A stretch of DNA of 64,000 bases from Haplodiscus bocki (Eukaryota): the NCBI GenBank assembly GCA_965655095.1, contig OZ296657.1, forward strand, positions 66,030,001 through 66,094,000, in the 5' to 3' direction. Under the pieces are notes generated by a model. That model searched no databases. It saw only the letters and a program-made list of their open reading frames with translations, and was not told the origin of the DNA. This document shows, in pieces, positions 13,728 to 27,900 of the stretch (the stretch's first letter is position 1; each line of letters starts with the position of its first letter). The position numbers and the translations under genes were made by a program.

Positions 13728-13840
13728 TTCGACTTCAAAATTCCAGTCCTTTGGACGATAAATTTCGATAGTCGTCTTGATTTGAAAGTTGATGGTCGTT
13801 TGGACTCTAAATTTCCAGTCCTTTGGACTTTAAACTTCGG
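13728..13840. repeat. Imperfect direct repeat, period ~72 bp
   Basis: aaattccagtcctttggac (~13738) recurs as aatttccagtcctttggac (~13810) with similar flanks. Confidence 0.75.
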
Positions 13841-13899
13841 AAAAGATTGCTGCCAAAAATGTTTCAGAAATTTTTTTGTGTTCCAGAACACTTTGAAAA

Positions 13900-16000
13900 C
13901 CAATAGGTGATTTGCTGGATGAGTGAATTTCGAAAAATCATACCAATCGGTTATGACACCCAAGTTATTCCTTTTTTTCAGGCTCACGAGAACCTCCCAC
14001 ACAAATTCAGGGCTCTTTGTGTGCCAGTGTTTGTTGAACGAGGATCTGTTTGGTTAAGTTGTAAGGTTTCATTAAAATGGCAACCCCATACTTGAATTAC
14101 GGGCAAGATGAATTTCAGAAAATCGGGCGAACTTTTTTCACGGAGTTGTGTATAATGGAAGTTTTTGGTCCACAATCGTCCCTCATTCAGCTCTATTTCG
14201 CTTGTTCTGCCCTCAGTTGCTAATGATTGTGTTTTGAAAAGTGTATGCTGAGTTTCAGTTAGCTACCAAACCAATTTTGAAAATCTGGCAGGAAAGAAAT
14301 TCAAAAATTTATTCCATCCGCATCGGGAACCCAAGAAAAGGAACTTTTTGGACCCACGCAAGCAGTTTGACCTTTTCCACACCTAATGTACCGGCGAAAA
14401 TTCTGGTGATGGAGATTAAAAGACTGTCTATGGAGTTTCAGATCACTAGCCAACCAAAACGCGAGAAAAGTTCGAAAAAGCCATCCTCTGGTTTGGAAAC
14501 CAACGTTCACACGTTTTTTTTTGGGCCCACAGGAGCATCGCAACTCAGTCCATTTTTTTGGACTGAGTTTGCTTTTGCGAGGGTCTTTAGTGATGTGCTT
14601 TAAAGCTACACATCAATATCAGCCAAGTAGTTAAAGGATTGGATAGATGACCTAGGAAAAGTCGGGTTATCCGTTTCCAAAACCCAACGCACGTAAATTT
14701 GTTTGGTCAACGGGTCACCTGCTCCGGGAGTACATCCTTTGTAAGGCCCGCATTGACTATCGGTGGTGCTCCAGGCCCAAAAGACTCAGCTAATACAGCT
14801 GTACGTTTTGTAGGTAAATAAACTGGGGTCAATTAATGCGGGCTTTTTAAGTTCCGTAACAGCTATGGGTACACGTGATACCTTTGACACTTTTCCCGAG
14901 AGAATTTTTGCAGAATTAAAAAAGTCCTGTTAGTATCCCGGCAGCAAGCGATAAATTCGTAATGGCACCAGAAAGGAAAACGCTAAAAAATTCCATAAGA
15001 ACTGGACTCAACTATTTGTTTTGAGCGCCAGGATGGAAACCAAGCATTGACAATTTTCTGAAAACAATGCACAAATTCAGCTTCCGATGATGTTTTGTAA
15101 AGAGAAATCCAAAAAAATGTCCTACTCGACGCCACGCAAATTTTTTGGAATTGTTTTTTGCCTGACGCATTTACATTGCGAAGATTCCGACCTAGTTTTT
15201 CCGAGTTCCGTGACGACAACATATCCAGTTGAGAAATTTAACCTTTCTTTTGAGCCATTTCTGCAGAATTCAAAGAAATCATGGTTGTTTTGCCGCTGCA
15301 ACCGACCTCTTTGTAATTTTGCCGCACTGAAAAAAGCGAACGTTTGCCTTGTCAAAAACTAACTGATTTGGTCTTTTTTGCTATTTTCGACCATTGTATC
15401 AACCCAGTGAAGGCATTCAATCAAAAATAACGACCAAACTCAGTTTTTGGTGGTTTTTTGTAGCAAGGAAGACAGAAGTAAAACTGCATTCGGTCAAAAG
15501 TTTCGCTTGAGTTTACTTCTGGATTCATATACTCATATTGGGACGACTTTTTGTTTTTCACAGTTACGCGACAAATGGGTGTTCACGTGAGGCCTCTGTT
15601 ATTTTCCTTTGGTGGTTTTTCTCTGATGTTCGATTTTCCATAACTTTCTACCCGCAAAAGCTGGTCAAGGGACATCACAAAAGTCACCTACACAAGTCCA
15701 AGTCACGTCTGTCAATAGCAAAAACTTTTTCTCTGACGTTTTTTTGGTTTAGCGGCCACCATAAAACTCCAGCTTTGTGTAGGAATCATTAATATATAAT
15801 CTGGACTAAAAATGGGTTTTTTTTGATAAAATTACGCACTTTGTGGTCATTAAGACGGAAAGAATGTCGGAGACGGTTTTCAGTTTTCAGATTTTGTCGG
15901 CTTTTTCCAAGGCCTGCAATTGTTACAGTGGTACTTTTTTTGACACTAACGGAGTTTTTTCACTGCTCGTAAACCAATTTTTGAAGTTTGGTACAATGAA
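13900..16000 (-). mobile_element. Decayed Gypsy gag(CCHC)-protease-RT relic
   Basis: Degenerate knuckles ANVRFFQCGK (~15320) and QCKCVRQKTIPKNLR (~15150); protease-like VPIAVTELKKPALIDPS (~14825-14875); RT-like LVSKPEDGFFELFS (~14460-14505). Confidence 0.45.
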
Positions 16001-17247
16001 TGTCAAAAAACAGCACCTTTCAGATGCAGAAAGTCAAGCTACCAAAATCTATCGGAATTAAGAAGGCCTCCAGAGAACTCCATCGACATTGTTAGCCATA
16101 AGCATTCTATTAGACTTTCATACTGGCGTTCAGGCATTTACCAAATGCATAGAGGAAACACTGGACGGAAGAACATCTAGACATTTCAAAGTCTGGATCC
16201 CAAAAACTGTATACTGGAATTTTTCGCCTTCAGGAGCCCTCCAGCTAATTTCAAGCTCATTGTTAGGGCCAAAAAAAACAGTTTGAAGTGTTTTGAAGAC
16301 TAATTTCAGAGTTTCAAACAGCTACCGAATCAACTGTCGAAGTGGCATCAGGAAAAAAGATGAAAACTTGTGCCAGACGATCGTGAAAGCCAGCTAACCA
16401 GATTTCGTCGCCTTGCACGGGCCATCCAGCCAAATCCACGCTTTTGAACCTTCAATTGCTGATGGAGGTAATTCAAGTACGACATAAGGAGTTCCGGGAA
16501 GCTACCAAATCAGTAGTGAGAAAGTAACAATTAAATTCAAACTTCCGTGCAATTAAGCTGCAGAGTTCCTGTTACCAAGCATTTCTGCCAACAGCAGCCC
16601 GCGCCGTGGCACTGCCAGGCACCCAAAAGCTACTACCATAGTTGTGCAAGTTTTATTTGGTCAGTTTCCGAATCATACCAAACCGACGGTGGAAACAACG
16701 GCAGGTGAAAATCGAAAGTTCGCACAACCAGATTGAGAAAACTGCGTTAAGAGGATATATATGGCAACAGTACACCACTAGCACAAAGCAACCTCAAAAA
16801 TCACCAACTGATCGTCAAAAAAGTAAACACAAAGCTAATGGGGAGATTGTTCCGCTTACCAAACCAATATACGAAGCACAGAAACAAAGAAAACGGAAAA
16901 AAATGCAAAAGTAGATGAAAACGTTGTTACCATCGTTTTTTCTGTCTCAATTGGTTTTTTTAACACTAGACCTTCGCTTTCTGGGCAGCACGAAATTGTA
17001 CATCGTTTCAGAGTTCTTTGAAGCTTTTTTAACAGGACTCTAGGACACTATTCCTAAGAACTGCTTGTTTAGTTTGGCTCGAAAAAAAACCAGTAATGAT
17101 GATTTCCACTTTATATCTTCATTGAGCTCCAAACAGTTTTCATCAACACAATGACCCCAGAAAAAGATACTCAAACATACTCGTATACTTACTCGTGTCA
17201 ACTTTTTCGATTTTTCTCACTTTTCAAGATTTTTCGAATTGACTCCA

Positions 17248-17259
17248 TGGTCACCCCGA
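17248..17259 (+). promoter_or_regulatory. Candidate tRNA-Trp primer-binding site after a CA LTR end
   Basis: ...gactcCA|TGGTCACCCCGA matches TGGTGACCCCGA (complement of the tRNA-Trp 3' end) at 11/12 and lies upstream of a plus-strand pol relic. Confidence 0.3.
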
Positions 17260-17699
17260 GATATGAAAATTGGATGAGTCATAGCAAGTGAAAAATAAAA
17301 GAAAACGTCTCCTGCACTCAGTTTTCTGCGCTTCTTCCCGCTCAGTTTTGCGTAAAACGTGCAATTTGTTTTACCATATCCAGATCTTTTTTCAGGAATA
17401 ATCTTAACGCCCCGCCTTGACAGGTGTGGATAATTCGACGGAAGGTGTGAAAATGTGAAAGACAAGTGTCAATACTTAATGTTTGAGGTGAGTTGTTTTT
17501 CCCATACCTATCATAAAAATTTAAAAATTAAAGTCCGGTATAATTTCATACTAACTAGTACCTAATGTTATTTCAATTTTGGTAAGCAAGTTCCAAGCAA
17601 AACTTTCTTTTGCAAAAACTTCACCAGTACACAACATTTTTCAATCAATTCAGTTACCGTCAAACTTTCTTGAATAGTCCTACTTCTCAGTATTCCCTG

Positions 17700-20600
17700 G
17701 AAGGAGTACAACAAGAAATTACGCAATGATGTCCACTGCACTTTCGAAGCATACGTTCTGCATCAAAACTGGTTGACTGAAAGCTTTCTTGTTTCTCTGG
17801 TTTTTAGAAGACAGTAATCAAAAAACGTAATCTTTCCGACAGTCGAGAAACGATAATTTTTTCAGAGGAAAGCTATGTTTCAATCTTCTGTCAAAATCGC
17901 AGTCCATTTAGTTCTATTGGAGGTAGCGAAAAACGGTGTACAGATATCAGTTCATTTTTTGTCCAGCTTATTCTCTGTGCAGTTTTGTCTCGAAAGTTCC
18001 ATGAAAAAAATCTTCGAAGGGAATGTTTAAACAAACTTCAACTATCTTTTTGAGTCATTTCCTTGCGTGAGCAAAGCATCGAAGGAATTAAATCGATCAG
18101 CAGTTCCGCTGGACCGTTTTTCGCAAGCACATTTCTCTGACTGACTAAATTAAAAACAACAATACTGAGCTTTATAATAGCTTGATTAGAGGATAATAAA
18201 AAGAAGATGATAATTCACCGAGAACTTCCAATTTGAATGCCTTGAAGTTCTCAACGTGTCTCAAAGACAGTAAATGAAACAAAAATTCAGCATTTCCTCT
18301 TCATCATTTCAATGGGCAGTGACTTGTTGCAAATTCAGGGACAAAAAAATGGAAATGTTTTCGAACAATGAAGAAAAGAACCGGAAAAAAGAAAGATGTC
18401 CCGCAGGGTCTAGCCGAAGGGTGAAAAAGGACAACCGGAAACAAAGAAAGCTGTTGGTTGAACTAAGTATTAGTTTTGACACTAGGTGAGAAAATCTGAG
18501 AATCATCAATTCACATAAACTTGATGAAACGCAGAGTGAAACAACTGGTGTTTCGGATGGAGAGTCAACGGATAAAAAACCAAAACAGTCTTTACTAGAA
18601 AGCGGAAGGAGGTCAACGAAATTAATGGTTTTATCCATCTTCAAATATTGTTCGAAAGGATCTGTGCCCTCAGCCACCAAATGAATGAAAAAACACCGGA
18701 AGAATTAACGCGGTTTTGATTATCATCTCGACGGTAAAGCCAAAAGTTTCAGAAACTTCGATAGCAGTCAGCATGAAAAATGGGGTGACCATAGACAATC
18801 AGGACAGAAATCTTTTTTTTTCCACAATTCGAAAAAGCGGAGTAAAAAAATTGTTCCACGGATCGCGACAGCAAATCAATTCTTAAACTTTTAGAGAAAT
18901 TTAGAACAGGTAATTCAAAAGCAAGCCTCTTCACAGTGAAATAAAACATCCGAACGTCATACTTGCCTAAACCACAGCAAAAATCCTCAAATGAGGGCAA
19001 CACCACGCACTTGACGAGACTTCGCGAGACTGTGAGCATCGGAGACCAGAGAGAAATTTGTTTGCATTTTATTGGGCAAGAATGTCTCACTTTCAACGAA
19101 GTCGAGGCGGAAGATAAATGGAGAGAGTAATCCATAACTTAAAAACAGGTGAATTTTGACAGACCTGATAATGGTGCGGTCACTGCAGTCTCAAGCTTTC
19201 GGAGAGAGAATGAAGTTGTGGAAAGATTAGACAAAGAACTGGAAAACAGAGAGATGGATACCACAGAAACTGAGGATCGACGTAACAAAGGAAGCAGAGC
19301 AACAGAAGGGAAATTTTAGACTTGAATACCGAGGGAGTGACAGAAAAACCAAACAAAGAGAACGAACCAACAGCCTTCTCCGAAGACAGAGTTGAATACC
19401 AGGGTCGGGAAGTATTAGAACGGAAGGCTGTGAAAACTTCCGTGCTCAATTCAGTCGAAAAGGTTATTCTGCTTGAGAAGTTCGCTCGAGATTTTAAACC
19501 AGAGAAAAAAAGGAAAATAGCAGCAACAAAAGTCAGGGAATCAATGAAGCGGATGAAACGTCACTATATGATTGGGCAACAGAAGCCTGTGCTGAGTTAT
19601 GAAAACGATGCAGGTTTTAAGATGCAAGCAGTCGGAATTTCAGTCTTTTATCAACGAAAACACCTGGGCTGCAAGATTACCTTGAAAATCAATCAAAATT
19701 GTCTGCTTCCGGCATCTCAACAGTCAAAGTAAACTTTGGCTGGGTTGTGCAAGTTCTGAGTCAGCGGGAATCCACTGACGTAGAATTGAAGGACGAAAAA
19801 GATGCTGATTCTGACGTGAAGCCTTTTCAACTATATTGTTGAAACTTGTTGGAGAATCCTCGATGATGTCATCGAAGGCTTCAAAACGCACCATGACACG
19901 TTTAGCAAACTCTCTGGTTTAACTGGTCAAATGCTTAGGAAAAAGCAGATGGGGGAAAAAGTGAACAAACTGTTGGAAGAAAAAGGTCATGAAGCTGAAA
20001 CAGGGGACAAGTCTCAAAAGCATTTGGAAGAAAACTGCACTCTAGTGACGGTTTCAAGGGAGATGTTGAAAGCAAAAGTTGACGCATTTTGCTGGGCAAT
20101 GAGAGAAACAAGAGCTTTCAATCAAATATTCATGTTTTTCACGGAGTAAACGGACTAAAAAAGAGTGTGGAAGACAGGCAACGTTGGTTCTGTTAACTGG
20201 CGATCTACAAAACCAGTCAGCGGTCAGAGTGTTTGGTAAACATAACCATAAACCAATAGAACGACTGCGTACGGTTGGAAAGCTACACACTTGTTTCGAA
20301 ATTAGATAAACTCAAATTCAGAAAACATTTCGGTGTATCACCTTGTGAGATTGATCAGCACCACGTGCAGACTTTTGCAAACTTTTTCAAAGTTGTGCGT
20401 CCACGGTTCGTTTTCCGCTAAACAAGCCCATTGCTCAAGGCGGCCGACCGGTGAAAACGATGTTTGTGAAGCTATGCGCAAGTAGATTGAGGAAATTGTT
20501 CAAGAAATAACAGGTATTTGCCAACAAAAATGTAGTTTGCTGACAAAAAATCAGATACAGCATGATTTGAAATGGCATTACTACCTACCAAAAGTAGGTC

Positions 20601-21100
20601 CTAAGAAAACGTGTCACAGAAATGAGACAGCAGCTCGAGGTAACAGCTATATTCCTACCGGGAAAAGCTAAAAGCAGTTGTAGAAGCCCTCATTTTTATC
20701 AAACCAATGGGGGATAACCACTAGTTCTCTTCCAGCCAAACTATGCAACAAGGAATCGATGTGGTTGTCCAATTCCGAAAAAATTTAGATGCTAGAGTCG
20801 ACCCCAGAAAAACGTTTACACCACAAAATGTTTCGATAGCGTGGGACGTTAAAAAGAAACACTTGATGAACCACAAATCAAAACCTCATTGTAGAGGCCT
20901 CCGCGTTCGAAGACTGAGGTACAAAGAACTTTTGCCTTACCACACTCCATTGAAAGAAGATCAAATCAGAAAAATATCGAACTTCGTCAATTGCACGTGA
21001 TGTCAATCAATTAGAAGTCCTAGTCAAGTCCAAGACTGATGAAACAACGTCAATTTTGTCAATATCCACTCTTATTGCTATGACTGAGCTTGCATGAGCT
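17700..21100 (+). mobile_element. Decayed Ty3/Gypsy pol relic (RT-RNaseH-IN)
   Basis: RPDNGAVTAVSSFRRE (~19160; cf. RLPFGVxSAPAIFQR), FSEDRVEYQGREV (ORF 19322; cf. FFxDSVEYLGHVI), KPVLSYENDAGFKMQAVG (RNaseH start). Highly degenerate. Confidence 0.45.
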
Positions 21101-24100
21101 CGCAGAAGCAGGGATGTTTTCGGGTTTCAAGTATTTGACGTACTTTTCCGGCGGGCACAACTAAAAGTTCATGCAAAAGCATAGAAGCAAACTTTATAAA
21201 CATCTGAAAAACGTTTTGAAGCTTTACGCTCAGAGTGTTGAAGCCCAGATTAATGAAATTAGATTTGACTATCTTTTTTATGTTTTTTGAGTGAACGACC
21301 CACAAGCAAGTGGCAAAAGGCCATTGCTCATTTAGGTTTATTACGGCAGATGAAAATTTGGACGTGGAAGAGCCAAGATTTTGGCTTCCCAGTATCAAAG
21401 TTTTCCAGGCACGGTTTTTTGACAGGTACAAAGAATGAACAATCCATCTACGAGCTCAAACCAAAACGGAAGAAATTTCCCAAACATATTTATCGCTAGT
21501 GCGAAAAACAGGGAAGGAGCCATGTAGCTCTTGTCACAGAAATTCAATGAAGAAAAACGTTCACCAGCAGCGAAATTTGTTCAATAGACTAAACACAACT
21601 ATTGGTCCTCATTTATTTGGCCTCGTGTTGACGTCGTTGTCAAAGCAACTCAATTCAAAGAGACCAGACTTGGTCAAAATTCCAGAGCCGGACCGAAATG
21701 TGCACGATCGTTCGATTTGTTCTGTCGATCCCGATGATGACATGATGCTTTCAAAAGTAAAATTTCAGAAGTAGTTAATGCTCAACAATGTCGACACTGA
21801 AAAAGTGAAAGGAAATGACTAGTCGCAACGGTAGACATTGCCAGAGGGATATTCGCTTCTGAATGTCATGGTGGATGTGAAGGTTTTTTGCAGCCCCAGG
21901 ATCGTGATACAGGCAGTAGTGATGAAATCAACAGGTATTTTATGGAGCTGCTATCCTTCTCCTCATTCTTTTGAAAATCTAAGTGAACCGTTTTAGACTT
22001 TGAGAATCGCTGCATCTGATGTCAATTCAAGTTTTTCTTCATGCCAAACGTAACAAAATACGAAAGAAGGCTTGTTAACAATGCAAATGTCCACCATCTG
22101 GAAAATAACTCAAGAATTGGTTCATGACTTGTGGAGTACAAAGAGCACAGAGCTCACGTGATGTTGTTCCGTACGCAACGTGTTGTCGCTGCAGGGGAAG
22201 ATTTTTCATCTGGGTAAAATGGTTTTCTGACATTCCAGATATTAATTGAGTCTCTCGTTTGCAGTGGTTTATTGCCCTGAAAGCCGCAACGTTACCAGAG
22301 ACTTTGATTTTTTGTAGCTTGTTTTTTTTTCTTGAGAGCTGAATTAGGTTCGGTATGACAAAAAGTACCTTTGGTTCGGGAAGTTTATTTGTTCAGTTTT
22401 GTTCACTGGTTTAGTTAACCCTTTGGTTTAGTTAACCATGTTACCTTACAATCGGTTTAACCAGTTTTGCCCTTGAAAAGTTTAAAAAAAGAGAAAAAAA
22501 GAAAGCAACTAAAAAACTGGTTGCTTCAAAAATGAAACACCTGGAAAAACTGCCTATCACAACTTTCTTTCGAAAAGTTTTGAGAAATGAAAACACACAA
22601 AAAAACAAAAACACTGCCCGAACTCTGTGGCTGTGGTGCGTACAAGCTAAAAAAAAGAAAGCTAAAAAATTCGGGCAAAAGGAACAAACTCACTCAACAT
22701 AACTAATTACGGTGTTAAAATTTTTTGCACGATAATAAGTTCTATATGAGAATAACCAAATAATTACCTGTTAGATTTTTGTTAATATTTTTGGTTTCAT
22801 TGGGTTACTGCCCAAAAGTGACTTTTTTAACAAAGACAGATACTGAACAGTCCGTTTTTTTGTAAGAACTTCCTTGTTGACTCAGATAAGGTATGGAGAA
22901 TAAGTTCAGGCGGAGTAAGTAGTTCTGGCGTTCTTTCGTGTTCAGTGATTCAAACAACTATGTTCCTCTCCAGTGAGTTTCAAATACAAAAGTTTTTGAA
23001 GCTGAAAAGCAAAGAAACAAGGGCAAATAGGAGTTTCGGTGCTCCGAAAATAAGGAGAAAGAGAAAAAAGGACTGCGGTTCCTTGGAGTTTTTGGAGTGA
23101 AAAAGTAAAAAAGCATACAAAAAAGAAAAAAGCGGCCAGAGGAAAAACCAAAAGGTCAAAAACAAGCCCAGAATTAGTGGGTACTCTTAGCGGCCCTGGA
23201 CAATCTTGAAAGTCAGTGATATTAGCGCTTTCAATCGAGACAAATCCTTTGTTCTGAGAATGTTCGTTTTTCCGTCTTCTGGTTTTTATCAGTCCCTAGA
23301 CGTCTAAAAGGAGCAATTTTTTTCAAACAAAATGTCGAGTCAAACTGGAGAAACAAATAGCTGTGCTAAAATTATGTTTTTTGATGGTGGCTGCATCTAC
23401 AGTAATGAAAAGGCAAACAAAAAGGAAGATGAAAGCTCAAAAATGGAAATTTTTTTGAATAGTGTGTTTCTCTGGAGGACCACAAATGGCGCCAGGGGAC
23501 AATTTGACAGAAAAAGTCTAACTATTTGCCCTAAGTTTATTTTGTTGGGTTTTTAGAACAATTAGAAATTTTTTGTTGCCAACAATCTCAAAAACTCCAC
23601 GGAAAACCAGTTTAAACATGCAGAAACACTTTTCGAAACCGGCGTCCAGAGCCCAAAGAAAACTGCTGGTCGTCAGAAAACGCAAAAAACCTGGGATTTC
23701 TGACCCACTTTTCGACGTCAAAGACTGAAAGACTACTGATGGAGACCTCACAATTTTCAAACTTCCGTCTATTTAACAGCTAAAGCCTATTATAACACCA
23801 GCACTTTGGAAAACTTGAAGTCATAGGAAACCAACAACAAGTTTTGGCTATGTAGTTAGCGGAAAGCTGTGTAAAAAGCCCCCAAAAGTTCAAAAGAGTG
23901 TTTTTTGATCATTTTTCATTTGTCTCTTCTCCACCTTGTTGTCAAAAACGTCCAACTGCTTCTTTCTTTCTAGCCAAGCAACTTATCAAGACCCAGATTC
24001 AACCCAAATCAAACCTTTGAGCAGAAACGCTGAGATCGTCGCTGCGTCTAAAGCTAGTTTCATCATTCATCTTAAATCTGATGAAGAATTGGAAAAACTT

Positions 24101-24939
24101 TGGGCTTCAGGCGCCTGAGGCCCCCTGAACAACCCCAAAATGTCCCGAAAACCAACATTAGAAATCCTGAAGCTTTCAACCTCAAAGTTTTTGTCACTTC
24201 CTGTGACAAGTCCTTGATTAGTGTGGTGGCTGCCCAACACGTTCGGACCCGCCGCCTGGAACAAGCGCCTGAAGCAGTGGCCCCGTGTTTTCTTGAGCTG
24301 CTGTTGAACCAGAACAAAAAAGAATCCGATTGGTTCCGATAATTGAAAAAAGACTCCTCTTCCCAGGCCAACCTGAAAACAAATTCATTGAGGTTTTGCC
24401 TGCATAAAAAATCAATTGTTTACGGGCAAACAAAACATTAGAACTCGCGAGTGTATTCAGAAAGGAAGATTTCAATTTCTAGCCCACAACCTTCAAAGCA
24501 AGCCTTGACAAGATTCTGAGAATAGCAAAAATTGATAAAGTTCCCGCTGAAAACGTCGACGTCAAAGACAAAGCCGCCGACTGGAGAAGACTCCAAAATC
24601 TTCGAACTTTCCGCCTAATTGTGGAATTTTTTTTGTTTTTCTAACCACTTCGTCGTTTTCTTATGAATAATGCGAGAAAACTTTAGGGGGTGAAAAATGT
24701 TTTCATCAGCTATTTCATTTTGAACGCCAGAATGTCATCTATGGTGTTGTTGAGAAATTTAGAGAAGGAGCATTTCAACAAGAAACTTTGATTGGTCAAT
24801 ATCATGGACCTTACTTTCTCAGTGCAGCACCGGACAAGTTAATAATGACGTAACAATAAAAATTGCTGAAACTAATTGATCTCAAACATCCCCAGCCGCA
24901 ATTTTTTGAATTTGACACCAAACTTTCATCGATGAAAAC

Positions 24940-27900
24940 TTTCATTTTAAAAATCCTCAATTTCGGTTTTTGCTCAAACTGGGTATCTAAATTCCACAAA
25001 AGACATTCAGAGAGGCCACGTGTTTTGGCTCCTTGTAAAGCATTGGGAACATTTCGTTCGTACTTCTCCATTTCCGTGATAACTGAAAGTCCTTTTGAGG
25101 CTTTTGACAACCTTCCCAAGAAAGTTTTTCTTGAATTACAAATTTTCCTAACGTTCTCTGTAAAGCCACCAGCATGTTGGTTTGAACGCCACAAACGAAT
25201 ATAGTTAAAATATGTCAACAAAGTCATATCCAGCAGGTATGTATGCCATTAACGCTAAGGTAGTAACAAGGTAAGATATTTTTTTTAAAAAAACTGCACA
25301 AAATTCGCCGTCGTTGATCTTGAGTAGTGATGGAACAAAAACAACGGTACGGGACGCCTTGAGATTTTGTTTACAGAATATCCAGCCTCTTAGAACATAT
25401 TGGGCTACATTGTTTGTTTTTTTTTTGAGTCCTGGACAGCAGTCCGTTTGAGGCATTTGACAGCCCTCTCGCGAGAGTTTGTCTTAAAGTCCAAAGTTTC
25501 GTGATTTTCGCTACGCGGCAACTGAAAAAATGATATTGATGCAACAATGAAAAACGAATAAAGTTTTTCCGTAAAAATTCATCCAGCTGTTATTTTTGCA
25601 TTATACATCAACGTTTTCAAAAAGTGAAGGCATTAATGTTTTGAAAAAACTGCAAAAAATTTACTATTGGTGATTTTGAGCAATGAACCGAAAACAAAGA
25701 TAAGGATCGCGTCGAGACGTTTTTTCAGAGACAATTTAGCCTCTTATACGTTATTAGAAAACACCGAGTAAGTTTTCTGATTTTATTGACAACTAACAGT
25801 CCATTTGAGGTTTTGGGCGACTATCCCGAGAGAATGTTTTCGAAAATCAATTTCCGTATTTGTCTTCCCGCAGGAACCTTTCAGTTGGAATTGACTTGTT
25901 AAAAAATGATTTCTTGATGTCAAAGTCAAGTCCAGAAGCCATTTTTTTTCTTAGGATTAAGGTATCTTTCTTTTGTAGACACTATTTCAAAAAAACAGCG
26001 CAATTTAGCTGTTGGTGATTTTAGGCTGCGAAGAACACAAAAAAACAGTAGGGGAGGCCACGAGACTTTGCTGAAAGATTATCCAGCCCTTATAACTTAA
26101 TTAGCGATAATTTACACTGGGTGTTGCAAGTGAGTATGTCTACTACTGGTCCAGTTGATGCTTATGACAATGCTTTGGAACAAATATTTGCTTCACTTAA
26201 CAATTTCTTCAAGTTCACGCAGGAACGAACAATTTGGTTTGGACGAAAAAAATGAGAAAAATTTGAATTGACCCATGATAAGTATATCTAATAGTTGTTA
26301 GTTAACAGGAAGGTATGGTCAAAGTAAACATATTTTTGGGGAAGAAAACTCTTGATCTTTAGTTTCGATGATTTTGATGAGCGAAAAACCTAAAAGACCG
26401 TAAGGGTTCCACCAGACTTTGTTGAAGTAACTTTTGGTTTCCTGTATGTCTATTTGCAACATTTCGTTCTGGTTTCTCGAGATCCCTGACAACAGCTGGA
26501 GCAGTTAAGGCCTTTGACTTTAATAACTTTCATCAACAACCTATATGACAGATAGTTTTGTAATAAACAGTAAAATATCACCAGAATTGTTGGTTTACGA
26601 CTACAAAAAACTGCACAAAGTTTGATTGGGTGATATTGAACGGAAAAACACCCATGAGAAACGATGAGGATTGCCTCCAGATTTTGTTGAAAGTAAAACT
26701 AGCCTCCTATAATTTTTTTCAGGACAAAACTTTCAGGTTCTTTCCGGTTGGTTGGGGTAATATACTAGTTGGTTGGGCGTTGGACGAATTTCCTGGGCGA
26801 GTCTCTGCTGAAGTTCAAGCTTTCGTTACTTTCTGCTCACCAACGCTAGTCGAAAGACATCACGAAATTTGGAATCAATAAAGAAACTCATCCTTGACGA
26901 AAACAATTTCTTTCAGGTCTTTCGAATTTTATGGCATCAATCTACGTGTGAATCAAATGTGGATTATACAAAAACAAGACTGGGACCAGGACGGTGATTT
27001 TCGAGATTGCGGTATTTGACGCCTTTTGTTGGCATTCTGAGGTACACAATGTCGAGGATGAATTTCTATTGTTAGCTTCATTCTTTCCTATTCAATGTCT
27101 TTCCATTACATTGTATGGGCCGCTGAAGTTCTTGAGTTTACAATGAAATGACGGTTCGAGCTCATTAATTAAAGAATTTAAAAAACATGTGAACAGTTAG
27201 AGTGTTTTGTGTGATCCAAACAATCAGAAGACCTTTATATACCCGAATTCATTGTGTTTCTGGGTCTTTGTCTATAAGGTTCGCTGATGCAACGAACAAT
27301 TGAAGCTTGGAAAAGAATTGGAGCAGAATCGAATTTTCAGCCCGCAGCACACAAAAAGTTGATTTTGAGGTAATGAAGTCACAATAAAAAAAACTGTTAT
27401 GTTTCACCCTATGTTTGTCCAGCAGTTTTTTTTGTATTTAAAACCAAGCTATTTTGAAGTGAGGATGCGTATTTGAAAGAACTGCAAAATATTGTCCGTC
27501 GGTGACAATGAGTAACAAAAAACCAAAAGAAAGCTTTAAAGGACGCCAAGAGGTTTTGCTGGATGAACAAATGGCCCATTTTTTCAATGGGGACACTTGG
27601 TTTTAGTGTTTTGAGTTCGGTCTTAACCACATTTCCCTTTGAGGCTATCAACAGATTTCCCATGATAAATTTTTTGACTTTCGAAAATCCCCAGTCCACT
27701 CGCAGTTGCCGACAAACGGCTATCGCCACCCCGCTGAAAATTGCAGCTATTTTTCATCAAGTCATTTCTCAAGAGCTTTTTTGGAATTGCAGCAACTTAG
27801 TTTCCTTGAGAAAACTATTTCTCGGGACATTAGGTGTTGGTGATTTTCAATATCAAAAAAACCGCAATCCAAACGATCAAAGAAGTCATGAAGTTTTGAT

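Noticed and set aside
14542-14575. Rho-independent terminator
   Set aside because: The T run is in the loop rather than after the stem, and the DNA is eukaryotic.
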